DNA from: Phaeosaccion multiseriatum
Lineage: Eukaryota; Protista; Ochrophyta, other classes
Reading direction: 5' to 3'
NCBI GenBank assembly: GCA_965112735.1
Contig: OZ218951.1
Span: 5,580,001-5,644,000, forward strand
Length of the DNA stretch: 64,000 nt
Shown one piece after another: positions 43,801 to 55,380 of the stretch. The notes beneath the pieces are model-generated. The model was given only the letters and a program-made list of their open reading frames with translations, was not told where the DNA came from and did not search any database. Position 1 is the first letter of the stretch, and every line of letters begins with the position of its first letter. A program made the position numbers and the translations under genes.

Positions 43801-44906
43801 GAGGGAGGGAGGGAGGGAGGGAGGGAGGGAGGGAGGGAGGGAGGGAGGGAGGGAGGGAGGGAGGGAGGGAGGGAGGGAGGGAGGGAGGGAGGGAGGGAGG
43901 GAGGGAGGGAGGGAGGGAGGGAGGGAGGGAGGGAGGGAGGGAGGGAGGGAGGGAGGGAGGGAGGGAGGGAGGGAGGGAGGGAGGGAGGGAGGGAGGGAGG
44001 GAGGGAGGGAGGGAGGGAGGGAGGGAGGGAGGGAGGGAGGGAGGGAGGGAGGGAGGGAGGGAGGGAGGGGGGAAGGGAGAGAGAATGGAGAGGAGAGGAC
44101 ACCGCACAGCCAGTGTACAGACCCCTGGTCATGTGGTGTGGGTTTCGGGCTGTGAAGTTCTCCTTGTTACTTTGTTACTTTCCTGCCGACTGACTGGCTC
44201 ACTGACTGACGGACTGACTGATTGACTGACCTGACTAACTGACTTACTCGGTACTGTTATCCTCGGTTGTTTGTACTGACCACTTGACGTTACAATAATC
44301 CCTCCATGCATGCATACCGGACACACAGGTGCCCTCCTGCTACAACGCAGCGTGCGTGTGTGGACCGCCTGGAAGCGCAGGGAAGCGCTGATGGCACAAA
44401 CAGACGCGGAAACCTTCCGCCAGCTGCACAGCGGGGCGGGGCTGCCGGCCCTCAAGCATGCCAAGGGCAAGTTGGGTGTCAAGAAGGCCCAAGTAGCCCT
44501 ACGTGTGACGGCTCAGATGGGCCCCAAGGGGAAGGGGGGGGGCGGTGGCAGAAGCTGTCACAAAGCGCTGACGTGGTCGGGGGGAAGCAGCTTTAGTCGA
44601 GGAAGGAAGGGGTTGACGCTGGGGCCGAATATGTCAGTGAGCAAGGGGCCGGAGGGTGGTTCGGTCTTTAAGCTCACAGCCGAGGCCTGCAAGGGAGAAG
44701 AGGTCATGTGCGGCAAGGAGGGGGGGGTGTATGTGTGTGTGCAGCAGTTGGGTGACTCGACATCGCGCTCGTCGCAGTCGACAGCTGTGAACGGGGCCCA
44801 AGCTCAGCAACAGGCCAAGACGTTGGATCTGGAGATGACCAACACGCACGCACGGGACTCGCTCGTGAGGGTGCTCAATGCTCTCGTTGCACTTGAGTCG
44901 GGGTGA
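34625..44906 (+). CDS. Class I-like myosin heavy chain (motor, IQ motifs, C-terminal PH-like domain), about 17 exons
   Basis: Motor motifs [149 protein letters not shown] motifs LQKNIRG, VQRLVRG, FQSAFR. Tail KHAKGK..LTW..VSKG..LDLE..RDSLV..L. Confidence 0.9.
37327..37560. repeat. (GAGT)n microsatellite, myosin intron
   Basis: Directly visible. Confidence 0.95.
39480..39885. repeat. (GACT/GACC)n microsatellite, myosin intron
   Basis: Directly visible. Confidence 0.9.
42073..42520. repeat. Degenerate minisatellite (GTGGAGAGGCATGTGGAGGCATATAGGGGATAT-like, about 33 bp), myosin intron
   Basis: About a dozen imperfect units. Confidence 0.85.
43584..44068. repeat. (GGGA)n microsatellite, myosin intron; a second tract lies at about 45037-45328
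   Basis: Directly visible. Confidence 0.95.
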
Positions 44907-46067
44907 GGGTTATGGGGTGGGAGGGAGAGGAGGGGGGGGGAGGGGTGGGTGGGTGAGGGAGGGAGAGGAGGGAGTGCGTGGGTGGGTGATGGAGGGAGGA
45001 AAGGGATTGGGTGGGTGGGTGAGTGAGTGAGTGACTGAGGGAGGGAGGGAGGGAGGGAGGGAGGGAGGGAGGGAGGGAGGGAGGGAGGGAGGGAGGGAGG
45101 GAGGGAGGGAGGGAGGGAGGGAGGGAGGGAGGGAGGGAGGGAAGGAGGGAGGGAGGGAGGGAGGGAGGGAGGGAGGAAAGGAGGAAGGGAGGAAGGGAGG
45201 GAGAGAGGGAGGGAGGGAGGGAGGGAGGGAGGGAGGGAGGGAGGGAGGGAGGGAGGGAGGGAGGGAGGGAGGGAGGGAGGGAGGGAGGGAGGGAGGGAGG
45301 GAGGGAGGGAGGGAGGGAGGGAGGGAGGGTACTTACCCTAGGAAGAAAGGTTGAATACAATTAACTATTAGCTACTCTTGGTAGCTTGGCACATGGTATG
45401 TATGGTATGTGGTGTTTATGGCAATGGATGGCTTAGGAGGAGGTCAGGGGATGTGGTGAGGGTCGACAGGAGACAGGCTACCACTGGCAGCACGGCATGG
45501 TCGAGCTCGTTCACTGGATGTTGAGGCCAGGTAATGGCAGTGGATGGTATAGCCCAGTTATGGCACTGGATGGTGAAGCCAAGTGATGGCAGTGGATGCT
45601 GAAGCCAAGTTGGGTGGCTTCCGCTCGCTCTCTCCCTCTCTTGAGCTGGCTGGGCGGCTGTGGAGCAGTCTTGGCTGTACAGTGTCGGGGTGTTGATTCT
45701 CGGTGAGATAGATGGGCAGCTTCCATCCACGGAGATGGGCAGCTTCGGATTGTAAGATGTGTGGTCCACAAAAAAAGGGTTTAATCGTTGAGGCGCGGTG
45801 GCGCGGTTCCCTCAAATAAATTGAGTTTTTGTTGCCAGAAAGCAAAAGCAAATTGCGTTCCCTACCCCATTTCTCCCCCCCTTTTCTTGGCACTGCTCGT
45901 AGCTACGATTATACATTTACAGCCTTGCTAAAAGAGCCTCTCCGCTCTCGCCACACGCAGCTACCAAGCTCCATTCTACCGCCACTCAGTCAGTGACGTT
46001 GCAAAGAGAGGGTCCCACACACGGCCAACTGGCAGTGCCTTCTTGTGGCGCGTCGCACTGCCCAGCA

Positions 46068-46208
46068 CCAGTAGTTGGTGATACAGCAGTTGGTGATACA
46101 GCAGTTGGTGATACAGCAGTTGGTGGTACAGCAGTTGGTGATACAGCGGCACTGCCCAGCAGCAGTACTTCCCAGCAGCAGTACTTCCCAGCAGCAGTAC
46201 TTCCCAGC
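46068..46208. repeat. Two adjacent short tandem repeats (15-bp CAGCAGTTGGTGATA x5; 17-bp CCCAGCAGCAGTACTTC x3)
   Basis: Directly visible. Confidence 0.85.
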
Positions 46209-46539
46209 GGCCCGGCCAGGAAGGAAGGGGGGATGGACTGCGGCCCTGGGCGGCCCTTCTTCTCCAATCCCATTCAGACAAGACTGCGCGGCTACTCCCT
46301 CTGCCCCACTGCTGCCCTTCCTCTCCAGTCCACGTCACGCGGCACGCTGCCGGTCCATGGCGGAGCGAGGACCACACAGCACCACACACCACACCACATG
46401 GGCCCAGTCATGTGCGGATGTGATGGAGGAATATGGGTGTCCCTCCCGTCGGGCTGGTGCTGGTGCCGCCGCTCTCGTACAGGGACCGCAAAGACGTTGC
46501 CGCTGCGGAACCCCTTCAGCATGACCAGCAGGTTCACAG

Positions 46540-49500
46540 CTCTCTCTCTCTCCCTCTCTCCCTTTGAGCTGTTAGGAGCTTTCTCTCTCCCTCTCTCCCT
46601 TTGAGCTGTTGGGAGCTTTCTCTCTCCCTCTCTCTCCCTTTGAGCTGTCAGGAGCTTTCTCTCTCTCTCTCTCTCCCTCTGAGCTGTTAGGAGCCTTCTC
46701 TCTCTCTCTCTCTCTCTCCCTTTGAGCTGTTAGGAGCTTTCTCTCTCCCTCTCTCTCCCTTTGAGCTGTCAGGAGCTTTCTCTCTCTCCCTCTCACTTTG
46801 AGCTGTCAGGAGCTTTATCTCTCTCTCTCTCTTTGAGCTGTCAGGAGCTTTCTCTCTCTCTCTCTCTCCCTCTGAGCTGTTAGGAGCTTTCTCTCTCTCT
46901 CTCTCTCTCCCTTTGAGCTGTTAGGAGCTTTCTCTCTCCCTCTCTCCCTTTGAGCTGTCAGGAGCTTTCTCTCTCCCCCTTTGAGCTGTCAGGCGCTTTC
47001 TCTCTCCCTCTCTCTCCCTTTGAGCTGTCAGGAGCTTTCTCTCTCTCCCTCTCACTTTGAGCTGTCAGGAGCTTTATCTCTCTCTCTCTCCCTTTGAGCT
47101 GTTAGGAGCTTTCTCTCTCCCTCTCTCCCTTTGAGCTGTCAGGAGCTTTCTCTCTCCCTCTCTCCCTTTGAGCTGTCAGGAGCTTTATCTCTCTCTCTCT
47201 CCCTTTGAGCTGTCAGGAGCTTTCTCTCTCCCTCTCTCTCCCTTTGAGCTGTCAGGAGCTTTCTCTCTCTCCCTCTCCCTTTGAGCTGTCAGGAGCTTTC
47301 TCTCTCTCCCTTTGAGCTGTCAGGAGCTTTCTCTCTCTCCCTTTGAGCTGTCAGGAGCTTTCTCTCTCTCTCTCTCCCTTTGAGCTGTTAGGAGCTTTCT
47401 CTCTCCCTCTCTCCCTTTGAGCTGTCAGGAGCTTTCTCTCTCCCTCTCTCCCTTTGAGCTGTCAGGAGCTTTCTCTCTCTCTCTCTCCCTTTGAGCTGTT
47501 AGGAGCTTTCTCTCTCCCTCTCTCCCTTTGAGCTGTCAGGAGCTTTCTCTCTCCCTCTCTCCCTTTGAGCTGTCAGGAGCTTTCTCTCTCTCTCTCTCCC
47601 TTTGAGCTGTTAGGAGCTTTCTCTCTCCCTCTCTCCCTTTGAGCTGTTAGGAGCTTTCTCTCTCCCTCTCTCCCTTTGAGCTGTCAGGAGCTTTCTCTCT
47701 CTCTCTCTCCCTCTGAGCTGTTAGGAGCTTTCTCTCTCTCTCTCTCTCTCCCTTTGAGCTGTTAGGAGCTTTCTCTCTCCCTCTCTCTCCCTTTGAGCTG
47801 TCAGGAGCTTTCTCTCTCTCCCTCTCACTTTGAGCTGTCAGGAGCTTTATCTCTCTCTCTCTCCCTTTGAGCTGTCAGGAGCTTTCTCTCTCTCTCTCTC
47901 TCCCTCTGAGCTGTTAGGAGCTTTCTCTCTCTCTCTCTCTCTCCCTTTGAGCTGTTAGGAGCTTTCTCTCTCCCTCTCTCCCTTTGAGCTGTCAGGAGCT
48001 TTCTCTCTCCCCCTTTGAGCTGTCAGGCGCTTTCTCTCTCCCTCTCTCTCCCTTTGAGCTGTTAGGAGCTTTCTCTCTCTCCCTCTCACTTTGAGCTTTC
48101 AGGAGCTTTATCTCTCTCTCTCTCCCTTTGAGCTGTTAGGAGCTTTCTCTCTCCCTCTCTCCCTTTGAGCTGTCAGGAGCTTTCTCTCTCCCTCTCTCCC
48201 TTTGAGCTGTTAGGAGCTTTCTCTCTCCCTCTCTCTCCCTTTGAGCTGTCAGGAGCTTTCTCTCTCTCTCTCTCTCCCTCTGAGCTGTTAGGAGCTTTCT
48301 CTCTCTCTCTCTCTCTCTCCCTTTGAGCTGTCAGGAGCTTTCTCTCTCCCTCTCTCTCCCTTTGAGCTGTCAGGAGCTTTCTCTCTCTCCCTTTGAGCTG
48401 TCAGGAGCTTTCTCTCTCCCTCTCTCTCCCTTTGAGCTGTCAGGAGCTTTCTCTCTCCCTCTCTCTCCCTTTGAGCTGTCAGGAGCTTTCTCTCTCTCTC
48501 TCTCCCTTTGAGCTGTTAGGAGCTTTCTCTCTCCCTCTCTCCCTTTGAGCTGTCAGGAGCTTTCTCTCTCCCTCTCTCTCCCTTTGAGCTGTCAGGAGCT
48601 TTCTCTCTCCCTCTCTCTCCCTTTGAGCTGTTAGGAGCTTTCTCTCTCCCTCTCTCCCTTTGAGCTGTCAGGAGCTTTCTCTCTCTCTCTCTCTCCCTTT
48701 GAGCTGTCAGGAGCTTCCTCTCTCCCTCTCTCTCCCTTTGAGCTGTCAGGAGCTTTCTCTCTCTCTCTCTCCCTTTGAGCTGTCAGGAGCTTTCTCTCTC
48801 CCTCTCTCTCCCTTTGAGCTGTCAGGAGCTTCCTCTCTCCCTCTCTCTCCCTTTGAGCTGTCAGGAGCTTTCTCTCTCTCTCTCTCTCTCCCTTTGAGCT
48901 GTCAGGAGCTTTCTCTCTCCCTCTCTCTCCCTTTGAGCTGTCAGGAGCTTTCTCTCTCTCCCTCTCTCCCTTTGAGCTGTCAGGAGCTTTCTCTCTCTCT
49001 CTCCCTTTGAGCTGTCAGGAGCTTTCTCTCTCTCTCTCCCTTCGAGCTGTTAGGAGCTTCCTCTCTCCCTCTCTCTCCCTTTGAGCTGTCAGGAACTTTC
49101 TCTCTCTCTCTCTCTCTCCCTTTGAGCTGTAAGGAGCTTTCTCTCTCCCTCTCTCTCCCTTTGAGCTGTCAGGAGCTTTCTCTCTCTCCCTTTGAGCTGT
49201 CAGGAGCTTTCTCTCTCTCTCTCCCTTTGAGCTGTTAGGAGCTTTCTCTCTCTCTCCCTCTCTCTCTTTGAGCTGTCAGGAGCTTTCTCTCTCCCTCTCT
49301 CCCCCTTTGAGCTGTCAGGAGCTTTCTCTCTCCCTCTCTCTCCCTTTGAGCTGTTAGGAGCTTTCTCTCTCTCCCTCTCTCCCTTTGAGCTGTCAGGAGC
49401 TTCCTCTCTCTCTCTCTCCCTTTGAGCTGTCAGGAGCTTTCTCTCTCTCTCTCCCTTTGAGCTGTTTAGAGCTTTCTCTCTCTCCCTTTGAGCTGTTAGG

Positions 49501-49560
49501 AGCTTTCTCTCTCCCTCTCTCTCCCTTTGAGCTGTTAGGAGCTTTCTCTCTCCCTCTCTC
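46540..49560. repeat. 3-kb composite minisatellite: core CCCTTTGAGCTGT(C/T)AGGAGCTTT separated by variable (CT)n
   Basis: Roughly 80 units (estimated from length) of about 33-43 bp, intergenic between the myosin and methyltransferase 3' ends. Confidence 0.95.
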
Positions 49561-49791
49561 GAGCGTTTTCTCTCCCTCTCTGCAGCTGAGCTATATATCT
49601 CTCTGTGTGTGTGCTTTATGAGCTCTCTCCCCCCTCTTTCTCTCTCTCGAATTTCTTTCTCACTTAGCAGCGGGAAAACCTTACTCGCTCTCTCAGCCGA
49701 AAGGGGAATGACTTCTCCCTCTCTCTCTCTCTCTGTTGTTGGGGAATGAGCTCTCCCTCTCTCTCTCACACACACACACATACACACACAT

Positions 49792-50870
49792 TCATTCCGC
49801 TGTTGAGAAACCGTACACCTCCACGGGTGCCACCTCAGCAACTTGTCGGATCAGCTCCACGCCAAAGCCGAGGCCCCGAGCTTCACACAGAAATTTGTCC
49901 ACACCATCCGCCGTTCTCCTCTCCACTGATATCAAGACGGTCGTCTCAGGGCGGGCAAGTTTCTGTAGCACCGTGAGCAGATGCTTCCAGCTCTGAGTGA
50001 GTGGAGAAGAGGGAGGTACATGCATGTTGAGATGCTACTTGTACGACATGCTGCTTCCACTTGTTCTTCCCCCAAGCAAGGAAGGCCCTTTGTGATGGAG
50101 GTGAGGGCACCACTCGGTGTCTGTCCTCGTCGTCCTCACCTCTCCGTACAGCGGTTCGTACACACAGTCGGCACACAGCACCACGTCCGGTGGGAAAGAT
50201 TCCATCAGGTTGGTGATGTCCGAGGGAGCGGTCCAGTCGAGCTGACGGCCCTGAATGGACGCGTCGTGGGGGAAGTTGGTCTCGATATTACTCTTGAGCA
50301 ACCCAACTAACTCCTCTTGCTCCGTGAGGTGAACTTTCGCGCCCAGCAGGCGAGCTACCATGCCCGGAACACCGCTGATGGCAAAGGAGTCGGGCGGAGA
50401 GGGGGAGGACAGCCAAGTGTTTGAGATTGAGGGGGGGCGAGCGTGGCATTCTTCTTCGGCTTTCCCGCGGAAGAGGGGAGCTCGTCCTCTCTTCTCTCTC
50501 TCTATCTATCTCTCTCTCTCCCTCCCTCTTCCCTCCCTCCCTCTCTCTGACACTCCTTGACTGGCGATACGTACATTCCACAGCCGAGCTCCACTACTTG
50601 CTTGCTCTGTAGTTGCGTCTCCATTGTGTCGGAGAGATAATTGGCTAGCTGCAGTGATGCTTCCCATACACACGTCCCAGCCCAACACGCTCCGCTAAAC
50701 AAGGGCGCGAGTTGCTCCTCGTTCTTCCACGAGAGCCTCAACTGTAAAGACTTGCCTCGGAAAACGACAGCGGTGCGCTGCTCACAGCCCTGCCCCTCCT
50801 CCCCTTCTTCCTCCACAAGCCGCGCCCACTTCGCCCTCATCTCCTCCGAGAAGAGGGTGGAGGAGGCCAT
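49792..50870 (-). CDS. METTL21/EEF1AKMT-type protein-lysine methyltransferase (Methyltransf_16)
   Basis: Exons 50870-50575, 50374-50140 and 49992-49792 join in frame. Motifs GTCVWEAS..LA.YL, VVELGCGIGVPGM, LTEQ, LDW, VLCADCVYE, ERR. Confidence 0.88.
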
Positions 50871-51159
50871 CCAAATTATGTGACCGACGACTGCGCTTTC
50901 TCGTCCTTGGGAAAACTTTATTGACTTAATAGGAATCTCGTCCTTGGGGCGGCGCACGGAACCTGTGAATGTGTCGACGACGATGAGTACAGTTTTTTCG
51001 CGGGTTGTTGCTTGATTCCCCTCTTTTTCTCATTACACTTGCAACTACTTAAGCCAATGTGCTCATATGCTCCACTACATTCTTCCGGTACTTTTCTCTT
51101 TCCCACAGTGCTAAACTAAACTAAAAAATTGGAAACAGGAGCAGCCTTAAAGGCGCTCT

Positions 51160-53551
51160 CTACCACTTCCCTCCCCAGTAGCCTCCTCCCTTGCCCTTGC
51201 CGGAATCCTTGCCGGAATCCTTGGACTTCTTTCCTCCCTTGGACTTCTTTCCTCCCTTGGACTTCTTTCCGCCCTTGTCCTTCTTTCCTCCCTTGTCCTT
51301 CTTTCCTCCCTTGTCCTTCTTTCCGCCCTTGTCCTTCTTTCCGCCCTTGTCCTTCTTTCCGCCCTTGTCCTTCTTTCCGCCCTTCTTGCCCTTGCCGCTG
51401 TCGCTGCTGCTGCTGTCGCTGTCGCTGCTGTCGCTGCTGTCGCTGCTGTCCTTTCCGAACTTGGTGGGAGGGGAGGGCGCGGTCCACACGGGGGCCGTCT
51501 GCCAGTTCTTGGAGGGCGTGGGGGAGGCCCACTGGTGGACCTTGGGGGGGTCGGCCCAGGAGAACTCGTCGGAGGAGGACGAGTCGCCGGAGGAGGAGGA
51601 GGACGACGAGGACGAGGAGGAGGAGCCCTTGCCAGATTCGGACTTCTTGCCGCCCTTGCTAGAGTCGGACTTCTTGCCGCCCTTGCTAGAGTCGGACTTC
51701 TTGCCGCCCTTACCCTTACCCTTTCCAGAGTCTGTAGCGTCGAGGGGGGAGCGGAGCGTGAGAGATGTGGTTACAGACAGATCACACACACACGGAAGAG
51801 AAGAGGGTTCACACATTGCCATGTCTACAGCAGCTCAAGCACGCACTCAAAACTCCAGCCACACTCTCTCCATCACCAACGACCGCAGCCGACAAGGGTG
51901 GCATCGATCAATTAGAATGCATGTAAATGGGTCATGGGACGAAAGAGAGGACACACCACCCCAGACCCCCTATGGCTCTCAGAACTCTGGACTCACCGCT
52001 GCTGCCCTTTCCGTCCTTTCCGGAGTCAGAGCTGCCCTTTCCGTCCTTTCCGGCGTCAGGGGTGTACTTGGTGTACTGGTGGACCTTGGGGGCGGACCAG
52101 GACCACTCGACGGAGTCAGAGTCGGAGTCAGCGTCGAACTTCTTGCCGCCCTTGCCAGCGTCGAACTTCTTGCCGCCCTTGCCAGAGTCGGAGCCCTTTC
52201 CGCCGTCGAACTTCTTGCCGCCCTTGCCAGAGTCGGAGCCCTTTCCGCCGTCGAACTTCTTGCCGCCCTTGCCAGAGTCGGAGCCCTTTCCGCCGTCGAA
52301 CTTCTTGCCGCCCTTGCCAGAGTCGGAGCCCTTTCCGCCGTCGGACTTCTTGCCCTCCGACTTCTTGCCCTCCGACTTCTTGCCGCCCTTACCCTTGCCC
52401 TTTCCAGAGTCTTTAGCGTCGAGGGGACATGGAAGGGGGAAGAAGAGATGTGGTCACAGACAGATCACACATACGTGTAAGAGAAGAGTGTTCACACATT
52501 GCCATGTCTACAGCACCTCAGTCAAGCACTCAAAACTCCAGCAACACTCTCTCCATCACCAACGACCGCTCAGTCGACGAGGGTGGCATCGATCAAAATG
52601 ACTGACCCCTAGCTCTCAGAACTCTGGACTCACCGCTGTCCTTTCCGCCATCGGACTTCTTGCCCTCGGACTTCTCGCCGCCCTTTCCAGAGTCTGTAGC
52701 GTCGAGGAGACATTGAAGGGGGGAGAGGAGATGTGGTCACAGACAGATCACACACACATGAAAGAGAAGATGGTTCACACATTGCCATGTCTACAGCACC
52801 TCAGTCAAGCATCAAAACTCCAGCAACACTCTTCCATCACCAACGACCGCTCAGTCGACGAGGGTGGCATCGATCAAATTGGAATGGATGTAAAATGGGT
52901 TTTGGGATGAAAGAAAGGACACATCCCCCCTGGCTCTCAGAACTCTGGACTCACCGCCGCTGCCCTTTCCGGAGCTAGAGCCGCCCTTTCCGGAGTCAGA
53001 GCTGTCCTTTCCGGAGCCGCCGGTCTTGGTGTAGACAGGCGCAGGGGCGGGCATGTCGTTCCACAGGCCCCTTCGGGCGGCGGCGCGCTTGTCTTCATGT
53101 TGCGTAGCGTGGTGTGGCGCATTGGCGTGGTGCGGATGGGCGGAGACCAGGGCATGCAAGAGACAGCAGCAGCAGAGCAGCAGCAGCAGCAGGCAGCAGC
53201 AGCAGAGCACAGCGGGCGAGCAGGGTGTGGGTTAGCCGCGTCAACTGTGGGGTGGGGCATTAGCGCTCAAGGGAAGACTACTTCCGTTCCATCCTTTCCA
53301 AGGACAGCAGACATGTGCGCGGGAGGGCGCGCGAGCCAGTGCATCCATCCAAGATGCAGGGCAGACTGCTGAGACAGGCTGGCATGGAGTGAAGAAAGAC
53401 CCATCCCTTTCAAACATCTCGTCTACTCAGAACAACGAGCGGCGCCCTTCCACTCACCCTCCCTCTCCACAACGGAGGCTCCGCCCATGCTGGAGGAGAG
53501 GAGGAGCGCGACGCTCAGCGCCAAAGCGCTCATACGTGAAGAGATGGGCAT
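51160..53551 (-). CDS. Secreted Lys/Gly/Ser/Asp-rich repetitive protein (silaffin/cingulin-like), about 425 aa
   Basis: Exons 53551-53458, 53092-52955, 52693-52634, 52410-51997 and 51731-51160, with all introns in phase 1. Signal peptide MSALALSVALLLSSSMGGA, RRGL motif, repeats SDSGKGGKKFDGGKG and (KGGKKD/S)n, poly-Ser, C-terminus GGYWGGKW. The exon-2 acceptor (AAG) is tentative. Confidence 0.75.
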
Positions 53552-54674
53552 GGTATGAAGATTAGCCTTCAAAGTTGGCGGAGGGGGGAGGTTTGATTGT
53601 GATAGGCCAGGGCAGGGCGCGCTGAGCCCAGTTGAAGTCGGGCCCTATCAAAAGCCCCCCAGGGCTCTCTCAATTCCCTATTCGGGCAAGTTGGTACAAC
53701 CGGGGCCATTTTACTTAGGTTTGAGGCCTCCTTTTAGGGGCGGCGTTCTCAATAAAAAATATGAGAGGTGCCGAAATATCTCCGTAGTAAGTCAGTGGAT
53801 GCCACTGACAAAAACAAAGATCCACACAAAGCTCGAATCCTCCGACATGTTCTCAGCCCCCAAGAAAAGCGGTTGGCCGAAGGGAGAATTGCGGGCCGCC
53901 AAAGGGTGGTTGAGCTTGCTGCTGGTTGCTGCTCAAAGGCAAAAGAGGAAGACCCCGGCATGGTGCTGATTTCGTAGGAGAGGACCAAAGAGTCGAGAAA
54001 AGAAGAGGACGGCCCGCCCCTCTCAGAGGAGAATGTGTTTGGCTGGCCTGGGTCTCCTTCTTCAACCTGCCTCATGACCTTCAGCCTTCAATGGCAAGCT
54101 CAAGCCCACCATGGGAGAATGGGAGAGGATACGGGAGAGGAGAGAGGGGTTTTCGACCCGGACTCCACGTCGACCATCGGCCGACGACCAGCCAAGCAAG
54201 CAGCCAAGTCTTCCTGCAGGAGGAGTGAGCAGGGGAGCGAGGCGCATGCATCGAAGGGCGGCCGGCGCGTGGCGAGCAGGAGGAGATGAGCACCCACTTT
54301 ACTGGGTGCGTGGCCTAGCTAGCTAGGGCCTTAGCTTCCCGTGCCTGTGGCACTGTGCCTGGCTGCCTGTGGAAGAGATCGGCCTGTGCAAGTGCCAAAG
54401 AAAGACCACAAGTCGGTGCGGGGGGTGGGGGTAGCAGCCAGTGGAGTCTGAAGTCGATTCCGCGGGCCCCTTCTACTGCTGTCGCTCCCCCTCCACCGTC
54501 CTCGGTTGCCGCGCAGACTGTGCCGCACATGGAGGGCAGCGGCATGACTCGCCTCGCCCCGCCGCTGCCAGGCAAGCAAGGGCCGCGCCTGTCCAGCATG
54601 TGCCCGTGGTGATCTGTGCTGGACCAAAGAGGCGGCGCAAGCTTGCACACGCACGCACACACGCACACACGCAC

Positions 54675-54753
<79 letters not shown>

Positions 54754-55380
54754 ACGCTGCTCGGCTTTCCCCGGGGGGCTGCGTCATGATATGGCTGTTA
54801 CAGTTTGTTACAAAAGGGGCTGAGGGCTAAGCACGCTACTGAGGCATTGTGGAGTCTCATCGGTGGTGTACATCTTGGAATCCCTGCTGACAATATCCAA
54901 TATCGTCGACATTTGACAGTTGAGGTTAAGGGTGTGCTGATATGCTTCTAGATGAGAATTCCAATTTCAGCTATTAGCCCATCCCTCAAATCCTGGTCTC
55001 TCGTAGGTCAGTGAATGAACCACAGCAGTCAACGAAGGCTCTGCCGTTTGAAGAGCACCCCCTCCTTCCCGTCTCCTATCCTACCTGTTGCCGCTGTGAA
55101 CGAGCCGTCCTTATCGTACAAGTGTCAACTTCGGAAGCTCACGGCGCCTGTCTTGATCCAATCGGAGCTGTCCTTTCCGTCCAGGGGGGCCAGGGAGTAA
55201 AGAGAGAAGGAAAAAAGAAGAGGGACAAGTAAAGGCGCTTGGAGGAGAGCGAATCCGCTGAGGTAAGCGCGCTGTGTGTGCCGTCTTTCCAGCCGCATGA
55301 CGGGGGGCGTTAGCGGGAGAGACCCGAAAAGGCCTCCAAACTGACCTCTTTTCTTTTTTCGCCCCTCCCAATGCCAACCC

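Noticed and set aside
43218-45360. ORFs with GREG/PPSL repeats
   Set aside because: Translations of (GGGA)n microsatellites.
45770-45960. Possible structured RNA (GGTGGCGCGGTT, AT-rich flanks)
   Set aside because: No tRNA cloverleaf or snRNA motif could be built. An Infernal/Rfam scan would be needed.
45976-46604. Short ORFs left of the minisatellite
   Set aside because: No recognisable domain and partly made of tandem repeats, so a gene cannot be supported.
46540-49560. CRISPR-like look (constant repeat plus variable spacer)
   Set aside because: Spacers are short (CT)n variants rather than unique sequences, there are no cas genes, and the context is eukaryotic.
51191-52601. Plus-strand 429-aa and 224-aa repetitive ORFs
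   Set aside because: Antisense shadows of the minus-strand K/G/S-rich gene, which has the splice signals and signal peptide.
53600-55300. Multiple short overlapping ORFs
   Set aside because: No motifs or consistent exon chain. Treated as divergent intergenic/UTR sequence with an (AC)n tract.
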